Assembly (NCBI RefSeq): GCF_018260395.1
Contig: NZ_JAGLBC010000001.1
Coordinates: forward strand, 4,301-68,300
Reading direction: 5' to 3'
Source of the DNA: Psychrobacter sp.
GTDB taxonomy: Bacteria; Pseudomonadota; Gammaproteobacteria; Pseudomonadales; Moraxellaceae
DNA: 64,000 nt
In this document: piece after piece, positions 18,802-30,989 of the stretch
Position numbering within the stretch: position 1 is the first letter of the stretch
How the letters are laid out: each line of letters begins with the position of its first letter
The notes under the pieces: generated by a model
What the model was told of the DNA's origin: nothing
Seen by the model: only the letters and a program-made list of their open reading frames with translations
The model's database searches: none
Position numbers and translations under genes: made by a program

Positions 18802-19272
18802 ATGCAGGGTGATAGAGAAGTCATTCACGCTTTAAATAAAGTTTTGGGTCAGTCATTGATTGCAATCAATCAATATTTTTTACATGCTCGTATTACCAAG
18901 CATTGGGGTATTGAAGAATTAAATGATTATTTCTATAAACAGTCTATTCGTGAAATGAAATGGTCTGATAAAATTATTGAACGTGTTTTATTGTTAGATG
19001 GCTTACCAAATCTTCAAGACTATGGCAAGCTTCTAATAGGTGAAGATGTGGCTGAGATTATTGATTGTGATATCAAATTAGAAGACCATAAATACAATGT
19101 TATCAAAGATGCTATTAGATTATGTGAACAAAAACAAGATTATGTATCTCGTAAATTATTACTGGATCTAAAAGATGGTAATGAGGAATACATTGATTGG
19201 TTGGATACTCAGCAAGATTTGATACGAGCTGTAGGGATTGAGAATTATATCCAGCAAAAGATAGATGACTAA
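18802..19272 (+). CDS. bfr: bacterioferritin subunit, heme-Met52 type with a degenerate ferroxidase centre
   Basis: 156 aa from the ATG at 18802, with GGAG upstream. Met52 is kept (REMKWSD), but E18 is Ser, H54 is Trp, E127 is Asn and H130 is Tyr. Confidence 0.85.
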   Translation: MQGDREVIHALNKVLGQSLIAINQYFLHARITKHWGIEELNDYFYKQSIREMKWSDKIIERVLLLDGLPNLQDYGKLLIGEDVAEIIDCDIKLEDHKYNVIKDAIRLCEQKQDYVSRKLLLDLKDGNEEYIDWLDTQQDLIRAVGIENYIQQKIDD

Positions 19273-19323
19273 GATAAAAACCTTTTATAAAATATTTTAT
19301 GAAATATTTTATAACTTAAATTA

Positions 19324-19349
19324 AGCCAGCCTTTAGTGCTGGTTTTTTT
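19324..19349 (+). terminator. rho-independent terminator after the second bfr
   Basis: ccagc-ctttagt-gctgg followed by T8. Confidence 0.75.
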
Positions 19350-19516
19350 TGATAAATTATAAGCATAATAATGGTGCTTAGTGGACGGATAAGATTAGTC
19401 AGTTGTACTCTACACTCTGTTAGCGATATACTTGTTGTCGTATGATATTAACAGTTTTAACACTAGTGGTTTTACTATCAGATTTTAGAATAATTTATTA
19501 TAAATAAGGAATAGGT

Positions 19517-20665
19517 ATGCCAGGTTTACGTCCAGATATTGATCCAGAAGGCTTATTAGAATATTCAGTGGTTTATACAGATCGTGCGTTAAACCATATG
19601 TCAAAAGCTTTTCAATTGGTTATGAATGATTTATCTATTAACTTAAAACAAGTCTATGAGGCAGATGCCGTGGCCATTGTTCCAGGATCTGGTACCTTTG
19701 CAATGGAAGCCATAGCCCGTCAACTAGCAACAAACAAAGATTGTATGGTTATACGAAATGGTTGGTTTAGCTACCGCTGGACTCAGATCTTAGAAAAAGG
19801 CAAGATTGCCAGTTCCGTAGCAGCTTTAAAAGCACATCAAGTCGAAGGGGAGTCTGAAGAAGGCATGCCAAATCCTTTTGCACCTGTGGCTATTGAAGAC
19901 GCTGTGGCAGCTATTAAAGAGAAAAAACCTGCTTTGGTATTTGCCCCACATGTTGAAACTGCGTCAGGTATGATATTACCAGACGACTATATCAAGCAGT
20001 TAGCTGACGCCGTACATAGTGTTGACGGTCTATTGGTTATCGACTGTATCGCTTCTGGCTGCATCTGGTTGGATATGAAGCAACTGGGTATTGACGTGTT
20101 GGTCTCAGCACCGCAAAAAGGCTGGAGCAGTACACCTTGTGCAGGTCTGGTAATGATGAACGAGAGGGCAGTGGCTCAAGTAGAGACAACTGAATCGGAC
20201 AGCTTCAGCTTAGATCTAAAACAATGGCTAACTATCATGCGTGCGTTTGAAAATGGAGGTCATGCTTATCATGCCACCATGCCAACTGACGGTCTGCGTG
20301 TGTTCCGTGATGTGATGCTAGAGGCAAAAGAGCAGGGTTTTGATAAGCTAAAAGAAGCACAGTGGGAGCTGGGTAATCGCGTTCGTGATATTTTAGAAGA
20401 TCGTGGTATTCAAAGTGTTGCTGCAGAAGGGTATCAAGCGCCAGGCGTTGTGGTTTGCTATACAGATGATGAAGAGATGCATAAAGGTCGTGCATTTGCA
20501 GCACAAGGTATGCAAATTGCAGCAGGTGTTCCGCTACAAGTGGGCGAACCTGAAGGTTTTCAAACTTTCCGTTTGGGTTTATTTGGTCTTGATAAATTAA
20601 CTGATGTTGATGCAGCAGTAGAGCGTTTTAAAGCGGTACTTGATAAAGTGCACCCCGCAAAATAG
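19517..20665 (+). CDS. class V (AGT-like) PLP-dependent aminotransferase
   Basis: 382 aa. GSGTFAMEA, the DCIASG pattern and SAPQKGW (PLP-lysine context) are typical of serine-pyruvate / alanine-glyoxylate type aminotransferases. Substrate is not assignable. Confidence 0.75.
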   Translation: MPGLRPDIDPEGLLEYSVVYTDRALNHMSKAFQLVMNDLSINLKQVYEADAVAIVPGSGTFAMEAIARQLATNKDCMVIRNGWFSYRWTQILEKGKIASSVAALKAHQVEGESEEGMPNPFAPVAIEDAVAAIKEKKPALVFAPHVETASGMILPDDYIKQLADAVHSVDGLLVIDCIASGCIWLDMKQLGIDVLVSAPQKGWSSTPCAGLVMMNERAVAQVETTESDSFSLDLKQWLTIMRAFENGGHAYHATMPTDGLRVFRDVMLEAKEQGFDKLKEAQWELGNRVRDILEDRGIQSVAAEGYQAPGVVVCYTDDEEMHKGRAFAAQGMQIAAGVPLQVGEPEGFQTFRLGLFGLDKLTDVDAAVERFKAVLDKVHPAK

Positions 20666-20748
20666 CAGCGCACTTAACTTACTATAAATTAATCTATAAA
20701 TTAATCTTTTAATGTTTAGTTTTTAATTACTAGATAATTATCAAAGAA

Positions 20749-20773
20749 AATGCCCATTTTTAAGGGCATTTTT
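20749..20773. terminator. bidirectional terminator between convergent genes
   Basis: atgccc-atttttaa-gggcat, with a T-run downstream on the + strand and a T-rich stretch (tttctttg) on the - strand. Confidence 0.65.
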
Positions 20774-20832
20774 ATTATCTTTATTTAATGATTTTAATAT
20801 AACAGATTAAGATATCAATGATTATCTGACCT

Positions 20833-22515
20833 TCAATGCATAACCTTTGGCTCCTCATTGGCCATAGACTGAGCAGCATTACGAAGTTCAAACTTTTGGA
20901 TTTTTCCGGTACTGGTTTTTGGAATTTCACAGAATATCACGTGTTTAGGTACTTTAAATTTAGCCAAATGCTGGCGGCAATGTTCGATAACCTGATCACG
21001 AGTCAATGTGGCGCCTTGAGCAATTTCAATAAAGGCCACGGGTACTTCACCCCATTTATCATTAGAAGCCGCTACCACGCCGCAGCTACTTACTTGGGGT
21101 AGAGCATAAAGAATATTTTCGATCTCAATACTAGAAATATTTTCACCACCTGAAATGATGATATCTTTTAAGCGGTCCATAATTTTAATATAGCCATCAG
21201 CATATTTTACCCCTAAGTCTCCGGTTCGAAACCAACCGCCCTCAAATGCTTCTTCGGTAGCTTTAGGGTTTTTTAAATAGCCCTTCATGACCATATTGCC
21301 TTTTAAGGCTAGCTCTCCCATCTCAATTCCATCTGCAGCAACGGCCTCATTGGTGCCTTGTTTTAAGACTTCAAAACCTGTCATAAGATGAGAAGTAATA
21401 CCCTGTCGAGATTTTTTAGTGGCACGCTCTGCAACCGATAGTTGTTGCCATTCGTCATGCTCAGCACAAATAGTTACCGGCCCATACACTTCCGTTAAGC
21501 CGTAAACATGAGTGATGTTAAAGTTCATCTGCTCCATCTTCTCTAGCATCGCTTCTGATGGCGGGGCGCCTGCCACAAACCCATTAACAGTGTGAGTGAT
21601 GGCCTGTTTAAGTGACTCATCACCTGAAGAGATCATATTATGCACAATAGGTGCGGCACAATAGTGAGTAATATTATATTTAGCAATGAGCTTTAGGATT
21701 AAGCTTGCATCAATTTGACGTAAACAGACGTTGATACCCGCACGTTCCGCTATAGTCCAAGGGAAGCACCAGCCATTGCAATGAAAAAGCGGTAAGGTCC
21801 ATAGATATGTATTGAACTTTGGCATGTCCCAATCAAGGATGTTGGATAAGGCATTTAAAGTAGCGCCACGATGATGATAGACCACACCTTTGGGTTTACC
21901 GGTAGTGCCTGAAGTATAATTTAAGGCAATAGCATCCCATTCATCATTAGGATATATGGTACGGTCAAAATCTGTTGCCGCCTGCTTAGTATCGAATTGA
22001 CCAGACGCTATCAGCTGCTCGTAAGTCATTTTACCAAAGGGTTTTACGTCAGGATATGCTCTATCTGTGGCGTGTATAAGGATTAAGTTAGGGAAAGTTT
22101 CTTCAATCAGTTCGACATGATCTACATATTCGCTGTCCATAATTAGCACTTTAGCTTCTGAGTGTTGCAAACAGAAAGTCAGAGCATTAATATCTAGTCG
22201 AGTGTTTAAGGTACAAAGCACGCCTTGTGACATAGGCACTCCAAATGCGGCTTCAACCATCGCCGGAGTATTAGGTGCCATAATTGCCACCGTATCATCT
22301 TTTGCAATACCCAGTTTTCTTAAGGCATTGGCAAGGCTACGACAGCGACTGAAGGTTTGTGACCAAGTATAGGTAAGTGGCGCATTTACCAAATCGTCAT
22401 AAATTATGGATGTTTTATTGGGGTATACTGAGGCGGTGCGTGCAATGAATTGTACTGGGGTTAAGGGTTGATGGTTGGCATCATTCTTGTCTAAGCCAGT
22501 GCTATAATCCGTCAT
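20833..22515 (-). CDS. AMP-dependent acyl-CoA synthetase/ligase
   Basis: YTSGTTGKPKGV AMP-binding motif, GWFRTGDLG and PKTSTGKIQK. I prefer the start at 22515 (MTDYSTG), which has AAGGA upstream. The ORF track extends to 22614. Confidence 0.85.
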   Translation of the reverse strand: MTDYSTGLDKNDANHQPLTPVQFIARTASVYPNKTSIIYDDLVNAPLTYTWSQTFSRCRSLANALRKLGIAKDDTVAIMAPNTPAMVEAAFGVPMSQGVLCTLNTRLDINALTFCLQHSEAKVLIMDSEYVDHVELIEETFPNLILIHATDRAYPDVKPFGKMTYEQLIASGQFDTKQAATDFDRTIYPNDEWDAIALNYTSGTTGKPKGVVYHHRGATLNALSNILDWDMPKFNTYLWTLPLFHCNGWCFPWTIAERAGINVCLRQIDASLILKLIAKYNITHYCAAPIVHNMISSGDESLKQAITHTVNGFVAGAPPSEAMLEKMEQMNFNITHVYGLTEVYGPVTICAEHDEWQQLSVAERATKKSRQGITSHLMTGFEVLKQGTNEAVAADGIEMGELALKGNMVMKGYLKNPKATEEAFEGGWFRTGDLGVKYADGYIKIMDRLKDIIISGGENISSIEIENILYALPQVSSCGVVAASNDKWGEVPVAFIEIAQGATLTRDQVIEHCRQHLAKFKVPKHVIFCEIPKTSTGKIQKFELRNAAQSMANEEPKVMH

Positions 22516-22700
22516 TGTAGATAGTCCTTTATCAGAATTTTTATGGTTCGTATCTGAGTGATAAGGTTTGGTTCGTGTAACTATGCCTAGATGGTCATTG
22601 CGAAACCTTTGCATGACCTATCCTAATCAGCTTATGATACGATAGTAGTTGATAAACTTTAGTCAGTGAGTATATGTTAACTGAAATTATCTAGTCAACT

Positions 22701-22760
22701 CAATGTTGTTAATTCAAAAATCGTTAATTAAAAAATCGTTTATTCAAATGTTGTTTATTT
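22701..22760. repeat. four tandem 14-15 bp repeats in the divergent synthetase/fadH promoter region
   Basis: caatgttgttaatt / caaaaatcgttaatt / aaaaaatcgtttatt / caaatgttgtttatt, in an A-B-B-A arrangement. Confidence 0.8.
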
Positions 22761-22881
22761 TTAGGTTACAAATAGTACTTAACTTTTAAAGGTTAACTAA
22801 ATCTATTTGCGACTCAGTTAAAGACTCAATAAGCTAAGACGATTTAAAGACTACGCTTGTTAGTCTCATATATATATTTGA

Positions 22882-25134
<2,253 letters not shown>

Positions 25135-25168
25135 TAATAACTAAATATTTGTATTCGGATGTTAAAGC

Positions 25169-25199
25169 CTCCTTTTTTAATTAAAGGAGGTTTTTTTTT
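25169..25199 (+). terminator. rho-independent terminator after fadH
   Basis: cctccttt-tttaatt-aaaggagg followed by T9. Confidence 0.8.
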
Positions 25200-25547
25200 G
25201 CTGTATAAGTATCAAAATGATTATTTCAAATTCTAATTTTATGCATGATTATTTATTTTAATAGCGTATTAAAACTTTTTATAAATTGCAATATGAATGT
25301 CTGAGCAGTAGTCAGTTAAAGTCTATTGTTAATCTAAATGTGTATTGGCTGAAACTTAAGCTAAAACATATATAGGTTATGCTTAGAATATAAAATATAT
25401 AAGTAAGTTACCATGTCATAGGCTAGTAATTAACAAGATTATTATGAATAATTACTGCAATATAAATATACATAAATTTGACAAAGGAGCAAGATGGGTA
25501 TTTAATTTAATAAGCACCTTATAAATAATCTGACAAAAGGATGTGTC

Positions 25548-26831
25548 ATGAACAATCATATGTATGGTTCAGTGTTGACTTTAGCTGCTTTAGGCGGTCT
25601 GAGTTTTTTAAATGCTACCACTGCAAACGCAGCAGGTCTAGAATATACCAAACAGTCCATACTGCCTTTTTTTGCAGATGGAAATTATGCTGAACTCTCT
25701 TATGCCTATGCTGACCCAAAAATCGAAGGTACTGATGTGGCAGGAGGCATAAATTCTGGTCAAAATAATAAAATCAAAGATATGATGGATGATTTTGACA
25801 TTTGGGGAGCTGCTGTTAAGGTAGCGCCTACTGAAAATACTGCATTGGCATTAATTTATGATGAGCCCTTTGGAGTTGATACCCTATACCAAACGGGTAG
25901 TGAATTTAGCAACAGCATGGGAACCACCGAAGCGAGGGTGGATACTCGTAGTCTGACTGTGCTTGGTGGTGGTAAGCTAAATAGTAACTTTTGGCTTTAT
26001 GGTGGTATGGAGTACCAACAAGCTGAAGGAGGTGTTCAGTTGGCGCAAAATTTCGAAGGTGATCCGATTTTTTACGATTTAAATGTCAAAGATAAAAGTA
26101 ACGCTTTAATTCCTGTCATCGGATTCGCTTATGAAATTCCCGAGATTATGTTGCGAGCAGCAGTAACGTGGCGCGGCGAAGGAGAACATAGTTTTAAAGC
26201 TAACGAAAGCTTACTGGTTAACAACGCTATACTTAATGGCGTTCTACAAACCACTGGGCCTACCGATTATAATAACATTCCCGATACTGTTAAAAATGCA
26301 ATTGGTTTACCTAAAGTTGGATTTGGCAATACCACGTTAGGCTTTAAAACCCCCCAATCAGTAAACTTAGATTTTCAAACTGGGCTTAGTGAGAAGTATC
26401 AATTACTAGGTATGGTCAATGCACGCTGGGTAGAATGGACTAAATTCAACATTTCTCCTTCTGCTATCACTGAAGTGGTAGGTGAGCCGCTAGCTGAATA
26501 TAAGGATGACGCTTACAGCGTTGAGGTAGCCTTAGGTAAACAGTTCACACCAAAATTTTCTGGCGAAGTTAGAGTGGGGTATGATTCAGGCACTTCTGAA
26601 CCGTTAAGTCTTTTGGGTCCTTACGATACGATTAAAAGCTTAGCTTTAGGGGGCAGCTATGATGTTAATGACAGTATGACGGTTTCTGCTGGGGCTCAGT
26701 ATATGTGGTTTGAAGGCGGTACAGCATATTCTAAGCTACCCATTGATAAGTCACTTTCAGAACGAACCTTGGCTAAGTTTGATGACGGCACCGGCTATGC
26801 CTTAGGCGTAAAGTTAGGGTATAGGTTTTAA
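25548..26831 (+). CDS. outer-membrane beta-barrel protein, probably FadL/OmpP1/TodX family
   Basis: 427 aa. Signal peptide ending TANA-AG, an alternating beta-strand pattern and a C-terminal aromatic residue (GYRF). It neighbours fatty-acid catabolic genes. The family call is by overall resemblance only. Confidence 0.55.
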   Translation: MNNHMYGSVLTLAALGGLSFLNATTANAAGLEYTKQSILPFFADGNYAELSYAYADPKIEGTDVAGGINSGQNNKIKDMMDDFDIWGAAVKVAPTENTALALIYDEPFGVDTLYQTGSEFSNSMGTTEARVDTRSLTVLGGGKLNSNFWLYGGMEYQQAEGGVQLAQNFEGDPIFYDLNVKDKSNALIPVIGFAYEIPEIMLRAAVTWRGEGEHSFKANESLLVNNAILNGVLQTTGPTDYNNIPDTVKNAIGLPKVGFGNTTLGFKTPQSVNLDFQTGLSEKYQLLGMVNARWVEWTKFNISPSAITEVVGEPLAEYKDDAYSVEVALGKQFTPKFSGEVRVGYDSGTSEPLSLLGPYDTIKSLALGGSYDVNDSMTVSAGAQYMWFEGGTAYSKLPIDKSLSERTLAKFDDGTGYALGVKLGYRF

Positions 26832-26922
26832 CTAAATCAATTACGAAAAATTTATAGCAAAAGACGAATAATAGTCGCTTTAGGTGTTAGATTCATTGCA
26901 AGATATTTAATAAAACTGTCAT

Positions 26923-26970
26923 TCAAAAAAAATGCTAAGCAATAGAAATTGCTTAGCATTTGGTTTTTTT
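26923..26970. terminator. bidirectional terminator between the porin gene and panD
   Basis: A8, then aatgctaagcaat-agaa-attgcttagcatt, then tggTTTTTTT. Confidence 0.8.
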
Positions 26971-26987
26971 AGCTACTACAGTAAAAA

Positions 26988-27368
26988 TTAAGACACTTGT
27001 ACTGGAATAACGTTGGCAGTATCTTTTACAGTATTGTCTTCAGTACAATATACCAATCTTGGTTTATGGTTGTCTGCTTCATTATCATCCATAAGTGCAT
27101 AAGCACAAATAATGACGATATCGCCCAAATCAGCCATGTGAGCAGCGGCACCGTTTAATGAAATAATGCCAGATCCAGCTTCAGCTCGAATGGCATAAGT
27201 GCGAAAACGTTTGCCGTTTGTAACATTATAGATATCAATAGATTCGTTTTCACGAATACCTGCTAAATCCAGTAAATCACCATCTATTCCGCAAGAGCCT
27301 TCATAATGTAGGTCAGCATGAGTGACACGGGCACGATGTAGTTTGCCTTTTAGTAAGGTCAATAACAT
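26988..27368 (-). CDS. panD: aspartate 1-decarboxylase
   Basis: 126 aa. [16 protein letters not shown] start, and HYEGSCGID containing the Gly-Ser self-processing site. Confidence 0.95.
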   Translation of the reverse strand: MLLTLLKGKLHRARVTHADLHYEGSCGIDGDLLDLAGIRENESIDIYNVTNGKRFRTYAIRAEAGSGIISLNGAAAHMADLGDIVIICAYALMDDNEADNHKPRLVYCTEDNTVKDTANVIPVQVS

Positions 27369-27807
27369 AGGGGATTTCCTTAAAAGATGGACTATATGTT
27401 AAGCAGAATAAAACTTGAAAGCAGATTATACTAATAAAATGAGTGACTTTCTGCATTTTTTGATAAAGTTAAGAAAAAAGCACAACCGTCAAAAATATTT
27501 TTCAACAGGTAGTAATTGAAGCATTACATGAACATGGCAATTTAGATAAAAACCATAGATTTGAGTAGCTTACCAAAATTTTGCGCAGGTTTAAAGCGTA
27601 TAGTAGCAAGTTTTATCTATGACAATCTAAGTTTAACACTAAACTCATTAGTGACATATGATTCAAACAATACTATATCAAATCCATACTTAAACTCAGC
27701 AAAACTAAATTTAAGTAATACAATCACACTAGCTAGTGATAATAGTTGCATTGATAGCATATATTCTCACTGGAATCATATAGTCTCTACGAAAACAAAT
27801 TAATAAA

Positions 27808-28410
27808 CTAACTATTAAGCTTAAAACCATTAATTTGGCTTCGTGCCTTTTCTATATCACCTGTAACCAATAACTGTAGCGAATTCATAGCTGCTTCCAA
27901 AGCCGCTTCGATAGCTATTTGGTCATTGGTTGAAGGTTTTGACAGCACATGGCCACTAACTTTTGACTTATGACCAGGATGACCAATACCGATACGTAAA
28001 CGATGGAAATCATTGCCTAAATGTGGCGTAATGTCACGAAGACCATTATGTCCACCATGTCCACCACCTGTTTTTAGCTTAATACTACCTGCAGGAATAT
28101 CTAACTCATCATGAGCAATCAATAACTCATGCGGTTCAACACCATAGTACTTGACCATAGGCACAACGGATTGACCAGAGTTATTCATAAAGGTCATCGG
28201 CAACAACAGGCGAACGTCTTCACCGAAGATACGTCCGCGTCCAGTTAAACCATTGAACTTCTTATCAGCTGCCAACTCAATATTAAATTTATCAGCAATC
28301 AGGGCCACAAACCAAAAGCCAGCATTATGTCTAGTTTCGACATACTGCTGGCCTGGGTTGCCAAGCCCAACAATAAGTTTAAGTTGGGACATAGCGTTCT
28401 CACTGTTCAA
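27808..28410 (-). CDS. pth: peptidyl-tRNA hydrolase
   Basis: LIVGLGNPG, RHNAGF and GGHGGHNGL motifs. The start may be the internal MSQLK (28392). Confidence 0.95.
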   Translation of the reverse strand: MNSENAMSQLKLIVGLGNPGQQYVETRHNAGFWFVALIADKFNIELAADKKFNGLTGRGRIFGEDVRLLLPMTFMNNSGQSVVPMVKYYGVEPHELLIAHDELDIPAGSIKLKTGGGHGGHNGLRDITPHLGNDFHRLRIGIGHPGHKSKVSGHVLSKPSTNDQIAIEAALEAAMNSLQLLVTGDIEKARSQINGFKLNS

Positions 28411-28513
28411 TAAGTAAAAAATCGACTAACTGCCTGAGCGTTAAATAAGAGTCAAACCATATAAAGCTATACTCAAGCACGGTTAACCGTGGACGACATT
28501 ATCCGCCTGTATC

Positions 28514-29188
28514 TTATTCGCCTTCGTCTTCGTCATTACCTTGCTCAGTAGCTGGGACATCAGAGGCATCAACTTCTTCAGCATCAGTGTCAACTTCTTC
28601 AACAGTAGGTGCCTGCATATTCACAACAGTACGGTCAACTGGCTCATCTGTGTCAAGTTCGAAGATAACAACACCTTCAGGAAGTTTGATGTCGGTCAAG
28701 TGTAGAGATTCGCCGATTTCTAGATTAGACACATCCACTTCTAAATATTCAGGTAAGTTAGAAGGTAGACATACGATTTCGATGTCAGTTACTAACGTAG
28801 ATAAAATACCACCAGCTTTAACACCAGGAGCTTCTTCACGACCAGTTAAGTGAACTGGAACATTCATGTGGATTTTCTGACCTTTTATAATGCGCTGAAA
28901 ATCAACATGCATTGGAAAGCCTTTAGATGGATGACGCTGCAGGTCTTTAATAACCGCTTGCTGCTCTTCACCATCAAGCTTGATAGTCAAAATGTTTGAA
29001 AAGAAAGCTTCGTTTTCTAGAAGTTTCCAAAGTTCATTGTTTTTGATAGCAATACTTGTAGGCTCTTCATTACCACCGTAGATAATGCCAGGTACTAAGT
29101 TTTGCTTACGCAGGCGGCGGCTCGCACCTTTGCCCTGCTGATCATCGGTACGGGCAATGCCATTAACCGTGTATAAAAAATCACTCAT
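28514..29188 (-). CDS. rplY: 50S ribosomal protein L25 / general stress protein Ctc
   Basis: 224 aa, two-domain Ctc form with an acidic C-terminal tail. It sits between prs and pth, as is usual. Confidence 0.9.
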   Translation of the reverse strand: MSDFLYTVNGIARTDDQQGKGASRRLRKQNLVPGIIYGGNEEPTSIAIKNNELWKLLENEAFFSNILTIKLDGEEQQAVIKDLQRHPSKGFPMHVDFQRIIKGQKIHMNVPVHLTGREEAPGVKAGGILSTLVTDIEIVCLPSNLPEYLEVDVSNLEIGESLHLTDIKLPEGVVIFELDTDEPVDRTVVNMQAPTVEEVDTDAEEVDASDVPATEQGNDEDEGE

Positions 29189-29371
29189 GAGAGTATCCTT
29201 GATTAAATAAATTAGGTGTTGATGCGTTCAAGCAACGCTTGCGACCAACGTGGCCAGACACACATCTTTATTCTGTATCGCAATAAGTAAGGACTATTAA
29301 TAGGCGATACTTTAGGTTTGCATAGATACAGAGGGCGTATTATACGGATTATACCTATTAAAATCTAGTAC

Positions 29372-29398
29372 AAAAAAACCACCTTGCAAAGAAGGTGG
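29372..29398 (-). terminator. terminator downstream of prs
   Basis: ccacctt-gcaaag-aaggtgg, with a T-run on the minus strand (A7 on the plus strand). Confidence 0.75.
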
Positions 29399-29480
29399 TT
29401 TTTAAAGATCAAAAAGTGCTACTGATATTAATATAAATTATTTATTCATTCATTCATTCATCACTTACTTAATCAGTCAA

Positions 29481-30437
29481 TTAATCAATAGACTCGAACA
29501 TAGCACTGATAGATTCTTCATTGTTAATACGGCGTAAGCTTTCTGCTAGTAGCGAAGCGATAGTAACTTGACGAATCTTTTTACAAGCTTTTGCTTCGGC
29601 AGTCAAAGGAATACTGTCCGTCACTACTAACTCATCTAATACAGATTCGCTAATGGTTTTGATAGCATTACCCGATAGCACTGGGTGAGTGATATAACCC
29701 AATACACGACGTGCACCATTGTCTTTAAGCGCTTGGGCAGCTTTACAAAGGGTACCAGCTGTGTCCACCATGTCATCAACAATGACACAATCACGATCTT
29801 TCACATCACCAATAATATGCATAACTTGCGACTCATTGGCACGAGCACGACGCTTATCAATAATAGCAAGATCAGTATTACCACCTAGCTCTTTAGCCAT
29901 AGCACGAGCACGTACGACACCGCCTACATCTGGTGAAACAACCATTAAGTTGTCATAACCATGTTTTCTTAGGTCTTTTAATAGTACTGGAGTACCATAG
30001 ATATTATCAACAGGTATATCAAAGAAGCCTTGGATTTGATCTGAGTGCAAATCAACAGTCATGACACGGTCAATGCTAACAATATTTAGCATATCTGCCA
30101 CAACTTTGGCAGAGATTGGGACACGAGCTGAACGTGGACGACGGTCTTGACGAGCATAACCAAAATAAGGCATTACAGCCGTAATACGACCCGCGCTTGA
30201 ACGACGCAAAGCATCTGCCATTACCATGATTTCCATCAAGTTATCATTGGTAGGCGCACAAGTAGGTTGTAGGATAAAGACGTCTTTACCACGGACATGC
30301 TCTTTAATCTCAACAGCTATTTCGCCGTCAGAGAAACGCGTGACGTCAGCACGGCCAAGAGGAATATGAAGGTGATCTGCGACAGTTCTTGCTAACTCAG
30401 GGTGGGCATTACCCGTAAAAATCGCCAGATATGGCAT
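29481..30437 (-). CDS. prs: ribose-phosphate pyrophosphokinase
   Basis: 318 aa. [23 protein letters not shown] and the [13 protein letters not shown] loop. Confidence 0.95.
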   Translation of the reverse strand: MPYLAIFTGNAHPELARTVADHLHIPLGRADVTRFSDGEIAVEIKEHVRGKDVFILQPTCAPTNDNLMEIMVMADALRRSSAGRITAVMPYFGYARQDRRPRSARVPISAKVVADMLNIVSIDRVMTVDLHSDQIQGFFDIPVDNIYGTPVLLKDLRKHGYDNLMVVSPDVGGVVRARAMAKELGGNTDLAIIDKRRARANESQVMHIIGDVKDRDCVIVDDMVDTAGTLCKAAQALKDNGARRVLGYITHPVLSGNAIKTISESVLDELVVTDSIPLTAEAKACKKIRQVTIASLLAESLRRINNEESISAMFESID

Positions 30438-30531
30438 GGTTCAAGTCCTATTTATTTGACTTAGAGGTGAGTCTTATTTAAAGGAGGTAGACTGCACAAA
30501 TAAAGAAGAAAGATGAACGTTTATAAGAAAA

Positions 30532-30607
30532 TGGCAGGGGTAGCTGGACTCGAACCAACGGATGTCAGGATCAAAACCTGATGCCTTACCAACTTGGCTA
30601 TACCCCT
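30532..30607 (-). tRNA. tRNA-Gln (anticodon UUG)
   Basis: The reverse complement folds as a cloverleaf: acceptor AGGGGTA/TACCCCT, anticodon stem TCAGG/CCTGA with loop TT-TTG-AT, T-arm GTTGG-TTCGAGT-CCAGC, and an encoded CCA. It is very similar to E. coli tRNA-Gln. Confidence 0.92.
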
Positions 30608-30831
30608 GTAACAGACAAACTTTATCAAGTAATCTTATGCTGTTGTTAAATTAGCATGACTCTTGATAATTTACTATAAAAATATTAATAAATTTTTTAC
30701 TAATATTTTCATAATTTATACTGGTTGTCTTCTCGGTAGCGTTCGAGGCGAACTATACCGAAAACTAACTAGATGTGTCAATAAACTAAACCTTTTAATT
30801 TATAAATAAATTGCTTAGCCTATGACGAATA

Positions 30832-30907
30832 TGGCAGGGGTAGCTGGACTCGAACCAACGGATGTCAGGATCAAAACCTGATGCCTTACCAACTTGGCTA
30901 TACCCCT
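30832..30907 (-). tRNA. tRNA-Gln (anticodon UUG), second identical copy
   Basis: 76 nt identical to 30532-30607. Confidence 0.92.
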
Positions 30908-30989
30908 TTATGGGCGAGTTATTATACAGAAGAATTTAGTGATTGCAACTGTTTTCTGCTATATCTAAATGTCATTCCCTTTAAAACGC

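Noticed and set aside
27561-27803. 80-aa ORF between panD and pth.
   Set aside because: It has a non-ATG (TTG) start, a low-complexity Ser/Asn/Leu composition typical of AT-rich non-coding DNA, no RBS and no recognisable motif.
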